A stretch of DNA of 64,000 nucleotides from Podarcis bocagei (taxonomy: Eukaryota): NCBI GenBank assembly GCA_964188305.1, contig OZ076899.1; one strand, written 5' to 3'. The stretch's first letter is position 1; each line of letters opens with the position of its first letter. Shown here in pieces: positions 1 to 14,758 of this stretch. The notes under the pieces are model-generated. The model was not told where the DNA came from and did not search any database. It worked only from the letters and a program-made list of their open reading frames with translations. The translations under genes and the position numbers were made by a program.

Positions 1-3000
1 TTGCGCCCCAAGAGGGAACTTGTCAATTGTGGATCTTCTCCATTTGCACCCCTTCAGCTTGGCATCCTGTGGGGGAGAACCACCTTAAATCCGGCGCTGA
101 CCCTAAACCTCTGGCTTGGGCCTACCAGTACAAATGGACCTATTCTAAGTTGTAATCCAAGGAGGAGGAGCCTCTGGCCTTCCAGATGTTGGTCTCCCAT
201 GCTGGCTGGGGATGATGGTTGGACATCCGAAGAACACATCCCATTCGGGCAACAGCACTGCAAAACAGGATGAGGGAGTGGGGTGGCCAGGGAGGTATTT
301 CAGGGACCAGATAAAGGGTCTGGAGGCACATTCACACCCCAGGCCTGAGGTTCCCCACTCCTGACCTAAAAGCAAGGGCATTGCTTTAAACTTGGGAAAC
401 ATGCAGCCAATTTACTCAGAGTTATCCAACAGTTGGAAGACATCAGATTTTTCCTTTCACAGTTGATACTTTGCCTGTCATTTTCAGGGCTCGCTTAAAA
501 AAAATTAATGCACATAGAATGTTATTAAAGGTTTTAGCCATCCTTGATGCTTTTGAAGCTGAGTGGTTTTAGTTTATATAGATCTGTAAATCAGTCCTGT
601 GGCATCCGCTGTGATTTATTAATTCATTCAGTTTGCACCCTGCTCTTCCTCTTAAAGCAGCCAAAGGCAGCGAGAGAATCACTAGAACATTATCATTAAA
701 ATCCCAGCTCTAAAAATGCTTTGAAACCAATCACAGTCTCTCGGCCACTGATTTCAGGGTTAGTTTCAGCTATTGATATTAGGGACCAAAGCCTTTAGTG
801 TGGCAGGCTTTGCTCTGTGGAACTCCTTGCCAAGAGAAGTCCAGCAGTTCTTATTGAAATATCCCTTTCCCACCAGGGGAGAAGGGTTTCCAGCAACTTC
901 TCCCCCTTGTGGTTCCTGGGGTTCAGCATCTGTCTCCTAGCCTGGGTGGGACACCAGAGATGTTCTGTACTTTTGTCCATTTAGATTGCAGCAGGAACAC
1001 GTCCATTTCAGAGGCCAGCATCTGAAGAAGTCTTCCAGACTTCATTACTGTATTATGGAAACACTGCAGTCCCCAAGAGAAAGGCGTATCAAAAGACCTG
1101 GAGGCTGCCTGGCATGACAAAACAGCTTCTAGGCATCTGGATGCTTATTTGAAGTTCATCTCAGTTCCTCCAGCCTGCAGCTGGACATCCTCAGCAGCTG
1201 ATTTGATCCGGCTGAGCTGAGGACCACTTGAAATAGCTTCTATCATTTCCTGACGACGTTTCAGAACCCTCAGATCTCCAGTAGGATGGAGCCCAAAATA
1301 CCCCAAAGTCTTCTTTCCGGTGTTGCATTTATTTCATTAACCAATTGAGGACGACTTTCACTGAAAACTATTTCAAACAGGTGTGAGGAACTTTTCCAGC
1401 CTGAGGGCCACCTTTCACTATGAGGAGCCTTTTGAGGGCTATATTTCTGAGTTGGGTGGAGCCAGAAGCAAAAGTGGGTGGGGCGATAGATACGACAGTA
1501 TAAATCTGAGGTTTTGACACAAACACCTCTCTCCAACCAGGTACATGAGAAACATTGTCTCAGTTCAAGGTCACATTCTGGCCAGGCAAAAGATCTCAAA
1601 GAGCAGGGGGCAGGGGCATAGCCTGGGTAGTGAGTGGACATGGCCTCAGAAAAGTCCCTGAGAAGCCTGAGGCCCCTCACTCCTGGATTAGAACTTTGTT
1701 ATTCACACAATTTTTGCCACAGATGCTCAGCTTTCAACTAAAAAAGCCAAAACTTAGCATAATGTATGTTTTGAGAGGAAAAAAGCTGCAAAAATCTGTA
1801 TTTAAATGTAACATTTGGGCAGATTTGTTAACTACAAGCAGCAACAATTTTGCGCAAGGGCTCCATTCCTGGTGCCCATATGCGTTGGTGGAGCACGCAG
1901 AAGCCCTCTCCGCCCTGTTAAGTCCTATTTATGCCCCCATTATGTCCTGCTCCTGTTACACCCCCATTCTGTCCTCTTCTGGGTCCAAAAGGCCACACAC
2001 ATCTGCAATTGAGCGTCAATTGGACGTGCACAAAATGGTCGCCACCTGTACTTACCTGCAAATGTGAGAAAGTGACACACGCCATGCTACTCAAAGTAGA
2101 CCCACTGAAATTTTAAAAACCTTGTTAGTTGTGCCCATTAAAATTTAATGGGCCTACTCTAAATAGGACTAGCACTGGATACAACCCAGAGTGATTCATC
2201 AATCCCTTTCTTTCAAAAAGCATTTGTAACAGTAGTATCAGGCGATATTTATCTTGTTAGCAACACGGACAAAATAAGCGGTTTTTGCTTCTTTCATATA
2301 GCAGTGACATTTTCATTTTATCCCAATAAATCAGCAATGGGGAACCAGTGGCCCTCCTGATGGATATGGCATGATGCTCTGACGTGGAATTTAGGAACCT
2401 ACTTTAGACTGAGTCAGACCAATAAGTCCATGTGACTTAGTATTGTCTACACTGACTTGGCAGCGGTTCCCCAAAATTTCAGATGGAGCTCTCTCCCAGT
2501 TGAGGATTGAATCTGGGACCTTCTGCACACTACAGCCCATCCCCTTAGGATTCCTGACCTATTTCACAGACCACAGATATTCCAGGGCTGTGTCATGAAA
2601 TGACCTGAGAATTTAAAAGAAGTGAAAGCGTTGGTCCCTCTGCTAGCAAAACTGTCAAAACCTTAAATAAAATGAGGATCACTTTCCATGCAGCCTTTCT
2701 TTCCTTCTTCTGCTCTCTTTTGCCAACCTGTTATCGGTCCCTTCACTTTCACCTGCATATTAAAAGGAAGCCGCTTCCATAATTCATTACAAAGAAGTGA
2801 AATAACAACTGCATCAACATGAAACAAAAAAGTCATGTTCATTATTAGCATACAAATGGCACATTCTGTCTCAGTGTCACAAAATCACTTACGTTTTCAT
2901 TGATCACAGCACACAAAAATTAATTTTTGATAGCCTTTTGTGAATTAGACTAAAATTCGTGTGTGTGTGTGTGTTAGCAGCACACTGTGGATATGGCTAT

Positions 3001-6000
3001 CCTCACCATATTTTCTTTTAATAATGAAGCAATTAAAAATACATGGATTGAAGATCTTATCTGATTTTTCTTCTGGCCTGCCTCTCCATTATTCATGAAG
3101 GGATGTGTTTAATTCAGAATTAGTAATTGCAGTTATTTCTAGCACAAATTGGGCCTTCTATTCTGTGCCATACTTCAATTTATTTCAGCAAATAGATAGA
3201 TAGGAATATAAGCATGCCTGCCTCCCCCCCAAAAAAAAAATTGAAATGGCACGTCAGCAATGCCAAACAAAATGTCATGAACGGTCTTGTGACCCAGTGG
3301 TAATGCAGAAGAATGCTTGCAAATCAGAACAAGCTAGGCATGCCCAATAATTTGTTTTAAAGACGCGTTTCCAACAATAAAACAATAAAAGAAAGCAAAT
3401 TGTCTCTTGGCAGCAGAGGTAGCATAAAACAATTTGAAGAGGGGACAATAAAATGATTTTTACCTGGTCTAAAGAAGATGCTATGTGACCCTGCCAGGGG
3501 AGACATTATTCCATCAGTCAGATGCCACCGCAGAAAAAGCACACGCTGGGAGGTGCTCACAGCTGGGCCTCTGAAGAGGATCTTCAGGCAGGGATGTAAA
3601 GACAGGTGGGGATCTTTCAGGTAGGCTAGTCCCAAGCCATCTAGCACAGGGATGGGGAAACTTCGTTTTTCTTGGCGATACTCCACGTGGTTGTGAGTTT
3701 GGATGCTAGGAATAAGGAGTTCTGAATGAACACGCTTCAAACCCATTGGAGGTGGTAGGGTGGAAGGAAGGGAGACCCACAGTAGGTGGCGCTAGAGCCA
3801 GTGAGAGGCAGAGCCAGCTAATTCTTGTTTGGTCCTCATTCTGCTCCCTGATGAGTTCTAAAAAGGGGTAAACCGATACAAAGGAGGAGGAAACGAACAG
3901 CAAGGACTACCCTCTGGACGGGACTTGGAGGGATCAAGACTGAGGTTGGTGGGGCAGTGCCCCATTTGCCCTAATGGACCAGCGTCCACTGCATCCATAC
4001 GTTCATAACCTTGAAGTCAGTTATTTTAATGTATTTTTGGAGTGGGTTGGAAGAAACAAAAGAAATACTTTAAGCAGAGTCCAAAAACTGATTGTTCTCC
4101 CTTCCCCTGAAAACAGAGAATAAGAACAATCGGAAAGAGAAAAAAGAGTAAATTGATGTGCGGCAAGGGGGGGGGGGGGAGCGCATCTCACGATAACGAA
4201 GACAAGAAAGGGATACGCAGAAACACAAACATTAATTCTATCAGAAGCATTTGTTTAAGACAATGCAGCCTTGAGTTTTGTTGAAGTTCTTGTCTTAATA
4301 TAGTGACTGAAAATTGCTCAAATGTTTCCCCTCCCTTTTGATGCGCCATGTCTTGTTCAAACAAAACGGCAACATTGCTTTCTCGGACTATTGTTACGTT
4401 CAATAGCCAATCTAGCAAACAAGGCTTTCAAGTTTTAAACCATGTCGAACAAAGCAGAGATACAACATCCTTTGCAAGAAACAGGATGGCAAGAGAACTC
4501 AAAAGGGTGACCTGGTATTTCAGCCGAGTGAATCGAGAACACTATAGACTGCCTGATGAGCTCAGACGCCAAAATAAAAAGGATTGTTACTGGGATTTTT
4601 TTGTTAAATCAATGAATAAGAAGCATCCTCTGGTCATTCCACATTAATCTGTTTCAGAGACGCTGCTGCATGGAAGGCATGTTTAATTTTGGTACTAGTT
4701 TCAAATGAGTTCCATTGTCACCGCTTCCTGCGATTGTCGGTAAATCTGAAGTTCCATATTATAAAGTGCCACATCTGGCCCAGACCACGGAGTCCTCCAG
4801 ACACCTCACAAGTCATGTACCTTGAGGAGCAAGCAGGCCTCTCTGAATCCAATGAACAAGGTAGCCTTGGTTTCGTGACAGCTGAAAACACCACAGAGCA
4901 TTTCAGCAGCAAAAAAAAGCCAGTGTTCCTTTTCTTATTCCAAATGTTCTCATTCCAAAACCAAGAAATGGAACATGTGAACCATATGTCTAGCTTCCCT
5001 CTTTCTTTTCTATTTTGTATTTCAAGTTGCGGTGGTTTTAACAGGAATGACAAAGGAGGCGAAATTCCATTGGTTTTAACAACGGAAAGCCCTATCTTTT
5101 GTGTCTGTCCCAGGATGCACTGCTGGCCATCAGTCAGATGGCTTCAAAAGAGAAGCAGGCATATTCATGGCGGAGAAAGCTATTTCCATGGCCATTATTC
5201 ATAATGACTATATATGGCAGGGACGGATCATACCAGTCATGGCTTCTCCCAAAGGAATCTTAGGAGATGTTAAGGGTGATGAGTTGTGGGGAGACCCTTA
5301 GCTACAATTCCCAGGGTGGTTTAACAATCAGCCCCTCTCCCCAGGGACCCCTTGTCATGCTACAGTTCCCAGGATTCTTTGGGGGAAGTCACAACTGCTT
5401 AAAGTGCTACAATCCTGCTTTAAATGTATAGTGCAGATGGGAGCCTAGTCATTTAGGAGCAACAGCACAGGAAGGATAGTCTGCTTTGCCACTGAGAAAC
5501 TAGACTAGAGGGGCCTTTGGTCTGATCCAGCTGGGCTTCTTAGGTCCATATGTTTAGAGGACCATTGACTTCAGTGGGTCTACTCTGCATATGACTAAGT
5601 TGGAGATTTCCCATTGATCTTTACATTTTGAATGAGAGCTCTGCATTCACCACAGCTTTTAAAGAACACCAGCTCAATGTTATACAATATTATCAGTTGC
5701 CATTCCAAAATTGTTCATTAAAACACAAGAGGTCATGCCCTCTAGATTAATTGATTCCAGAGATGAAAACACACAGAGAGAGAGACACTACTTAATTGGG
5801 AGGGACATAAAAATAAAACTTACCAGCTCAAGTTGTAAAATCAGGTAAGCAATAAAATTAAAAGGAGGCTGGTGCATTGCAAACTGAGAATCCGTCTCCG
5901 GCATTGCCAGAACTCTCGCTTTTGCACAGCATTAGCCAGAGATTTATCGTTCACTGGGCGCCACTAAAAATATCTAAATGCCTGGACAATGGCACATTAG

Positions 6001-9000
6001 AGCCTTGTAAAATGAAAATTGAAGTAGGACTTGAAAGAGAATAGCATGAAATAACAGATTTAACTACTTCTGTACAGCTATGAAGAAAGCCAGTAAGACT
6101 GAGATTATGGTGCCAAGAAGTACACTTGCCATTTTTGATAGATTGTGGGGCCACATTCACACCATACAGTTAAAGCTCTGTGATACCACTTTAAACAGTC
6201 ATGACTTCCCCTCCCCCAAAGAATTATGGGAGCCAGCCGCAGTTTGTTATAGGCGCTGGGTGTAGTTAGGAGACCCCTATTTGCTTCTCAGAGATACAAT
6301 TCCCAATGTTTCCTGGGACTAATTGTTAAACCACTCTGGGAGCTGTGGCTCTGCAGCAGAATAGGGGTCTCCTAACAATTCTCAGCACCTTAAAAAAAAA
6401 ATAATTCTTTGGAGGAAGCCATGACCATTTAAAGTGGTACCATACAGTCAGATAGGGATTTGACTCTCAGAGTCTAACTGCCAATGTGGGCAGTTGGAGT
6501 TTGGATTAAGTGGACTCAAGAGAGGGAGTTGGTCTGTTGGGATAAGCTAGGCAGTGCAGTTTGATCCCATGAGGGGAAAGAAAATTGATAAGGGGCTGAA
6601 TGGGTATTGTTGGTTAAGAACAGTAATAGCCATTCTTGGTGGGGAAAGTCTTTCTTGAGACTTAGTTTGGGAAAGAGTGTCATTTAAAATTCTCTGTAAA
6701 GAGTGTGCTTCTTAAAACCAAGTTGTTGTGCCTCACTCCTGAAACCATCATGCTTTAAACCCTCCAAGAGTGTAAATAAATAAACAATATGTTGGACTTT
6801 CTTCACCAACCAAGTTTGCGCAACGACTGGAGCGATGGAATAAAAACTTGCCCACAATATCTCTGCATATCTTTATTTTAAATAATAATCAAACAGCTGC
6901 AACTCACAACCTCTCACCACTCTACACCAGCCAGTGCCATACAAAGCATTTGGTCAACTTAAATACAGTTTTCAAAATAATCAATTACCCTATCACATCG
7001 CTGCATTCGGTGCAGCAGGTAAACTCCCCCCTGCTAATTAGTCAAATTGTTAAGAACTCACAGATGTGCTGCCATGCAGGTTATAATTACAAACACACAC
7101 CTCTGCGTAGCACCATTGACCACATCAATATTAAGGAAACCTAACACAATATAGTTTGGTTTCAGCAATTCATCCGCATACTGTGACCCTCTGGGTGGGG
7201 AATGAGTGGACACTGGGCAGCCTTCACAGAAGTACAATACATCGTTGTTGTGTAAACAAACACTACCACAAATGGTTAATCCCAGGTCTTTCCTGCATTA
7301 GCATTGAGTAGAGTATTATCTATTAAGACACCCATACAATCTGCCATGTTACCTAGCACCCATCTTCAGTAAGGGTGTCTGTGACCATAAAATGGGGGGG
7401 GGGGCTTTAACAACCCAACTCCCAGAGTCCCCCAAATTCATTATTGGTCAGAGAAGAATGAACTGATGCAGGATCCAGTGAAAGCTAGGCAGATTTTTTT
7501 TTATTTTGTTGCAACAGAAGCCACACACACTTTAGGTAGGCGAGGATCCAGAACAAAAGTGTGCAAGGCTGTAGAAATTGCCCAGCCCCTTAGCCAAGGA
7601 CCACCCCAAAAGCATGGGTCACAGAAAGAGGCTGTCTACAACAGAAATTTGAGTGTGTGGCCTGCTTCCTGTCTGTCAAGATATCTTATGTTTGCTAGGT
7701 GCACCTGTGTCACCAAGCAATAGACAGAATGACACTATTAAATTCTACAGTGATGAGAGCTCATGGAAGAAAGAAGTCGTCCATGGGTGATCAGCAATGG
7801 TGGCTGGTACCCACTGAGATGCAAGATCAGGGATGCCAATAGCAGGTGGCGCCAGCGCCAATGACAAACAAAGCCAACTCATTCTAACGTTGACCCCATC
7901 TTCCTCCCTGTTGAGTTCTAGGAAAGCAACACTAAGGGTCTGTACATGCTGCCCCTTTAAAGCACCCTTGAAGCACATTCTGCCCTCCAAGAATTCTAGG
8001 TACTGTAATTTGTTAAGGCTTGCTAGGAACTGTAACTCTGTGGGGAGGGAGTTATTTGAAGGGAAAAGTGTGCTTTGAATGCACTTTATCATTTGCAGGC
8101 AGCCTGAGACTATGGAGGAGGAAGCTGACAGCCGGGGCTATGCTCCTGATAGGTCGAGAAGGCAGGTCTGGCTGAGGGCAGACCGAGGTTGGTGGGGCAG
8201 TGCATCTATCACGCTCGGGAAACAATCCTCATTGTCTATCAGGGAATTAAATATGCTTCCTTGCAGCTCACCAGTCTCTCTTGAAGGTCTCTCGCTTGGC
8301 GATCAAGCACAGCTTTCTCTTCCTGCACTGACTCCCCATCCCAGCCTATCCAAGCTTCCTTCGCCACCCCCTCGCACGCCAAAGGCTCAGCAATAACAGA
8401 TTATTTTTTGCGACCTACTTTGTCGAGAAAATTGCCTGTATTCAGCCTGACTTTGCTGTCACAACTCTTGAGCAGTGATAACATTTTTGCTACATTCTTC
8501 TCTCTTATCTCTGAAAAAAATCACCATGGTAATTTTCTTAATGCTTTCAAACTTCCATTGCATAGCCAAAAGACTCGGAGCGCAATGGAAGCAAGCAACA
8601 TGCCTGGGAGAGAACACTGTTGTTGTAACCAGCAATAATGAACACTGCCCAAATTGTCTGCGCAAGTGTGCCATTTGTTGAAGGAGGCAAAAGTGGCGTT
8701 GGTCCTGTGTGTGGGAGTGTAAGGGATGCGTGTGGACGTACATGTGCTTGGCTGTCAGCTTACACCAGGGGGAGGGACCCTTTTTCTTCCTGAGGGCCAA
8801 ATTGCCTTCTGGGTGAACCTTCTGGGGGCCACACGCCACAGGCAGGTGGGACCATAAGCAAAAGTAGGTGGAAACAAATGTAAATTCTACTTTTGTGCAG
8901 TAGGCTTGATTCTACACACAGTCACACAACCACACACCCCATTCACACCCATCTATTGTAGACAGATGCCACCCACCTCTGTTGTAGTCCCACGCTGCTC

Positions 9001-12000
9001 AGTCACGGCAGAGCTCAGGGGTGGGCGAGGCCAGCTAACCAGCCAAGTCTGAGGGGGGTACTTGCCTGGGAGCAGAGTCCAAAAGCAAGTTTCAGTCCAG
9101 TCCTAAGGTCAGGAGTATCTCAGTTCACGTAGACAGATGGTCCAGAGGTCAGAAAGCCAAGAGTCCAAGGTCGCAAGAAGCAGCAAGGTCTGTCCAGGAA
9201 CGACAAATGTCGTTTCCAGCAACTGACTGAGGCTGGGAACTCTGCTTAAGGAGGCTGGAGCCAGCTGGTTCTCATCAGGAGCAAGAAGGCTGATCACCCA
9301 CAGGTGGAGTCACTCTGCCTCCTGCTCCTTCAGGCTGCTGCTCAACAGGTGAAGCCGACTCCTGGCCCATGAAAACCCCTGTCATTTGCCTCTGATGCCA
9401 CCCACCTCTGGCATTTGACACACAGATGGTAAAGGTTGAAACCACAGAGAAAAACCAGCTGTATGCCTGCCTTCTCATTACTGCGCATGATTGACAGTTA
9501 TTGTAGGAACAGCGTTGTACGCTTCACCTTTTCTGTCTATACTGCCATCTTCCCTACAGACCCTCTTAGGTGTTTAAGATCAGCAGAGGCCTCCTTCCCA
9601 ACTTTTTCCTACACAAAACTGGGAGGCCTGCCTTCCAGGACATGCTCCTGGGCAACTCACATGACCCACACCTCGCAAGAGAGAGCAAGATCGCTGCACC
9701 CAAAATGGCCGCCAAGATGGCCGCCATCAAAAAAATGGGATGTTCCATTTTTCCTGAGGCACTTGGAAGGTATACAGAGGGTAGTTTCCAGTCTATGGAA
9801 CTGGCACTGTTACACGTGCCACGTAGCACTCTTAAGAAATGTATATTTTATGTGGCAGCACTCATACTTTGGAACTTCCTGCGTATTGATATCAGCCAGG
9901 CACCAACTTCACTGTACTCCTTTCAGTGCCTGCTAAAAACAATTTTATTTAGACCAGCCTAGCCAGAATGCTGACATGTGTTTTAATCTATTTTTAGTTT
10001 AGAGCTGGTTTTAATTATTTGAATGTTTTAAATTGCTGTTTTTAACTCTTCTGTTCTTTTTGTAAATTGCTTTGAGTTTTTATTTGCAGTCATGTGGCAT
10101 ATAAATTTTATGAAATAAATAAATGAATGAATGCTGGATTTTAAATTGCTGTCGGCCTCCCTTGGACCTGCTGCTGAAGGACGAGTAGCAACAACAACAA
10201 CACTACTGTGATTTAATACGTATTCGATATCAAAATCCCATTATATGTAGTAAAGAAAAAGAACATTAGCAAATTTTAAATCCTGCAATCTTGTAGATTT
10301 TCCTCTGAAGGTGTCCCACACTTCTCTTCTAATTCGTTAGAGAATCAAATCTGTGGTAAGCAAAGTAAATTAGATTCAGTGACATTCTGCTAATTGAGTC
10401 ATTCCCCCTTCTCCGTGGCTTGGCTGAGTTTTTAATTACCAGCTAATCTCATCAATATGGTGGATGACTGGCAGCATGCAGATCACTGTATTACAACCAC
10501 AGTGAATTAGAACGAGATGTTTTATGGCTCATTGCTTGACCCAGGGCTCTCCTGTCACCGCACACTGGGATGAACAGGGGAGCTGTGGTCATCAGCTGAC
10601 CTGGAAGCAAAATAAATAATCGTGCTGATTGCTCTAGCAAATAAGCAAGAGCGAAGGCGGTACCAAAGTCTGAAGCTCCCCTCCAGAAGAAAGTGCAACA
10701 AGTGTTGAAAAGGAAAGTGAAGAAAATATAAGTGGTTCTGGAACACAGTCTTGAACAGGGTCTGACATCAGTGTATCCACCAGTCCCCCCAAAATTGTCT
10801 CTGCCATTGATAAGGTTGCCAGACCTCTTCCAGGTCTGAAGCCTTCGAGTTTGCTTCGACCTCTCCAGGGAGCAAGTAGAGGACCAGAATCTCAAGATAG
10901 AAAAGACTGCCTTTAATAATATATATATATTTAATATTATGAAGCGTGTGCATGCAGCTGACAAGCTTCAGCTACAAACTGTAGCATGGGCACTCTGGGG
11001 ACAAGGGTCTGCCCTCCTCTGCTCCCCCCCCCTCCAATTAGCTTCCATCTCCAGGACCCGCCCCTATGACATCACCAGGGGCTGCCCCTGGGTCTCAGGT
11101 TAGGGCCCTGAAATCTGAGGGTTTGGGATGCTCCTGACGTGGCAAATCTAATCACTGAATATCCTGATTGGGGCTGATGAGAGCTGGAAGTCAACAACGT
11201 CTGGAGAGCAAGCAGGTGGGCGGATGCTTCACCCTATTCATTCATTCATTTTTAAAAACAAAAAAACCCACAAAGCAGTTTACAAAGAAAAGGCAATTAA
11301 ATACCATATGGAAAACATCAAAATCCATATATATAACACATCAAACTTCAGAACACAGCATTTCACTGAGCATGCTTAAATTCATTCAAGATCCACATCA
11401 AGACCTCAACCAACCTACACTCGCATGCTCTCAAAAATTACAGAATCCCAATAAAGGACAGCAGCCCTAAGTAGATATATAATAAAAGTGTTATTTCAAT
11501 TTGAGTTCCTCCTTCAGGGACTGTGGACCAATGGTCCATAACTAAGAAGCAATATATTCTGGGGTGTTCATGCTGTGAGCCCCTCCATCCTGTGTTCAGG
11601 TTGTATAAATGGGCAAATAAAACCATGTATCCTAAAGATACATCAGTGGTGTGCAGTCAGTGGACTAGGGGGAATAGGCTAGCTCACTAAATTAGAGTAT
11701 TAAAGTATTAAAGCCTGGTGCCTCCTTCCCAAAGCCCAGGAAGCTTCTGCCTGGCTTAGGGAGGGAGGCGTGATGCTCCTGTATGTGACGTTCCCTCCCA
11801 CTGCCCTTACAAGCTGGCACTTCTGGCTCTAACTGTTCCCCATGAACAATTTCACTGCGTGCCACTGGTCTCCATTGACCTTTCCAAGGAAGATGAACCC
11901 TGGATAAGTGCTTGGGACCCGTGGAGTCTCTCGCTGCTCAGAGACTGGGGGGTCGTGGAACTACAGCGAAGAGAAGCAAGCATAGACTTCTGCTCCTTGT

Positions 12001-12799
12001 TCATGGGCAAGAAAACATAAAGGAAAAGCGGAGAAAGGAGTAAGAAGAGGGGCAGAGGGCTTTACGGGATCAACAGCACGGTCCCTGCTGGTGTGGGCAT
12101 CAGCAGATGCTCCATGGTGCAAACCTACAAAGCTGGCCTAACAGACCTTCTCATTTAATGACACCTAGACACAGCCACCCCTAGTGGGCAGGTGGGCAGC
12201 CACTTGCCACCACCAGGCAAGCTTCTCTGGGTCCACAGGAGAGGACAGTAACCAGCAGAGGGGGCTTAATCTAGAGCCCTCTCACACCTGGAACTGGCCC
12301 TGTTGAAGTGTTACTGCTAGAGGCCACCAACCAGATACAAGGAGCCCCCTGCAGACCAGCTCACTGGCATATTGTCTCCTTCAATGAAGTCATTCTGGCC
12401 TTTAATACAAAGAGGATTCATCCCATCTGAAGCATGTAACATCTTCCTTGTTTGCAAAGAATAAAAGAAACTCGTGCTAAAGAAAAAGGGCTTTCAAAAG
12501 ATTTTTTTTTATAATTGGTGTCTTCTGAACCAAAAGGGTAAAAATAAACCCAAGATACGAAGAAAGGCATAATGTTCCAAAGAACAAATTAGACATGCAA
12601 GAAGGATAAATGCTTTTCATCTTGACATGTTGTTCTCCAAGATGAGGAGCCTTGGCTGCTGGGGGGGAAATCAATGGTGGCTTTTGTCATTTACTTCAGT
12701 GAGTCCAAAGGTCAAGCTCTTGATCTTCCTTTGGCAGCATCTGAAGGGCACTGACCAGAATATAGATCTAGTAACATTTACCCTCTGGCTAGAGGCCAG

Positions 12800-13050
12800 T
12801 TAAGGACATAAGGCGGGCCTGCTGGATCAGGCCAAAGGCCCATCTAGTCCAGCATGGTGTTCTCACAGCGGCCAGCAGATGCCTGTGAGAAGCCTGTAAG
12901 CTGGACTCAGCACTCTGCCCACCTGTGATTCCCAGAAACTGCTTTTCAGGGCCATAATGCCTCTGACAGAAAAGGTAGGGCACAGCTATGGTGGCTAGTA
13001 GCCATTGATAGCTGTGTCCTCCATGAATGTGTCTAATCCTCTCTTGAAGC
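12800..13050 (-). mobile_element. Old CR1-type LINE 3' end
   Basis: CTGCTGGATCAGGCCAAAGGCCCATCTAGTCCAGC tail motif; related fragments near 5500 and 20420. Confidence 0.6.
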
Positions 13051-13478
13051 TGGTGGCCAGGCCTGTCTCCTGCATAGCCAAGCATCCTACTCTCAGTGTG
13101 TTAACCGTCCTGCCAAACATGCCATCACCCCGAGGAATGGAAGAGCAGCCTGCCCTACTTGGATCTCAAAGTGGACTTGCCAGATCCAATCTGGCAGTCC
13201 GTTATGAGGTGATCCGAGGGTTTGAAACACACTTTAAAGTACCAGTGAGGTGATCTGAGGGTTGCATGCTCCTCCTCCCACCCTCCAAATAATATTTTGA
13301 ACTTTTGAAATGAGCTTGCTCAGGAGATCAAAGCCTGACCGGAGCATCAGACTCCTTGCCATGTGCTTTGGCAAAAGGGCCTTTTAACTATTATTTTTCT
13401 GCTGGAACAGAAAAAAAAATTGTTCCAAGCAGTTTTTATTAAGTAGAAGTAAGTTTTGAGCTTTGTCATAAGTGATCA

Positions 13479-13479
<1 letters not shown>

Positions 13480-13520
<41 letters not shown>
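13480..13520. repeat. (CA)n microsatellite
   Basis: About 20 perfect units. Confidence 0.97.
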
Positions 13521-13521
<1 letters not shown>

Positions 13522-13599
13522 TGTTGCTGGCATCCATCTGTCTCAAGTGACAATGGAGTTCGCCTCCAGGAATGAAGTCAAACTGCTGCATTAGCAGCA

Positions 13600-13990
13600 C
13601 CAACATGACTTCTCCAGGGCTCAAGCTTGGGCAGTGTGTATGGACGGAGGTCCTGGGCTGCCCAGACAATAATTTTGCTCCTCCTAGATGGGTTACCTTC
13701 CCAGGCTGACAAGCCCCATCTGCCCCTCACTTCCACAGCATGTACAAAAACTGCCTTCTTAACCATTGGATCCACTATTGATCTTGTCCGCTCAATCTGC
13801 TGGAGTCTGTCTTTGCATGCAGGGGAAGTCCTTAACTCAGCGACGGTTTGACACCCATCAGCTACCCTCACCTGGTTTAGCCAGCCAATCAAAGCCATTC
13901 CTGGACTGTGGCTTGTGTCACACGCTGACAGCTTCTAGGAGCCCCAGGTGAGAGCTGAGTGCAGGGTAGGGACCAAAAGAGGGCAAACTA
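13600..13990 (-). mobile_element. Interspersed repeat, RTE-like 5' region (copy 1)
   Basis: About 260 bp clearly alignable with 20080-20336; minus-strand CCATCTAGGAGGAGCAAAA resembles RTE 5' ends. Confidence 0.5.
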
Positions 13991-14758
13991 CCCAAGCAGG
14001 AGCATGCCCCCCCAGACATACTACCCACCCCATATGTGTGTGCATATATATAATCATACATATTAATTTGTGAATTGTGAATGAATTTTTTTCCTGCATT
14101 GATTTTGGATATCTGTTGATTCAGGTACCCTGCGTGGTGGTGAGTGCATGAACTAAAAAATGGGAGGGGACTGTCTGTCTTTCAGAGTGTTTTCCACTTT
14201 ACAGCCATGTGAATTTGCTTAACTCCCTCTCTTTTAACTATTTGCAGTTCTATAAAAGCTTCACATTGAGTTATAGCTGTTCAAAAATCTGGGCAGCATT
14301 TGATTTGTGCAATGCTTGCAGTTCAGCCCTCTACATGAATAAAAAGAGAGTTAGGAAGTTATGACTGCTTCATCTCAGCAATGCTACTGATAATTAATTG
14401 AGTCTGTATTAGAAGCAGATGGGGGAGGGGGTGCAAGGCAGTGAATTTGGGGGAGGGATGCTTCAAGGGAAACCCAGTGTTTTGATGAAAATGGCATTAT
14501 TGTTGCATGGAGTGATATTACTTTCTAAGAGACGAAAGCTACTGCCATCAATGGTCACTTTGCCTCTTCTAACTGCACAATCCACAATGTGTCCCTCTTA
14601 GGATGTTTGCACCATCTTGAACATTTCAATATGGGCAAACAGACTGGCATTGTATTCAACTAAATTCTAGAAGACTATACACTCATTTAAATTATGACTA
14701 ATTTAGATCAGTTAAGTTCCAGTCGAGCTACTCTGAGTAAAATTAAATCAGATACATC

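Noticed and set aside
823-1360. Exon-like minus-strand stretch (e.g. GDLRVLKRRQEMIEAISS...)
   Set aside because: Stops in all frames within about 60 codons, no recognisable homology and no partner exons; a tBLASTx search would settle it.
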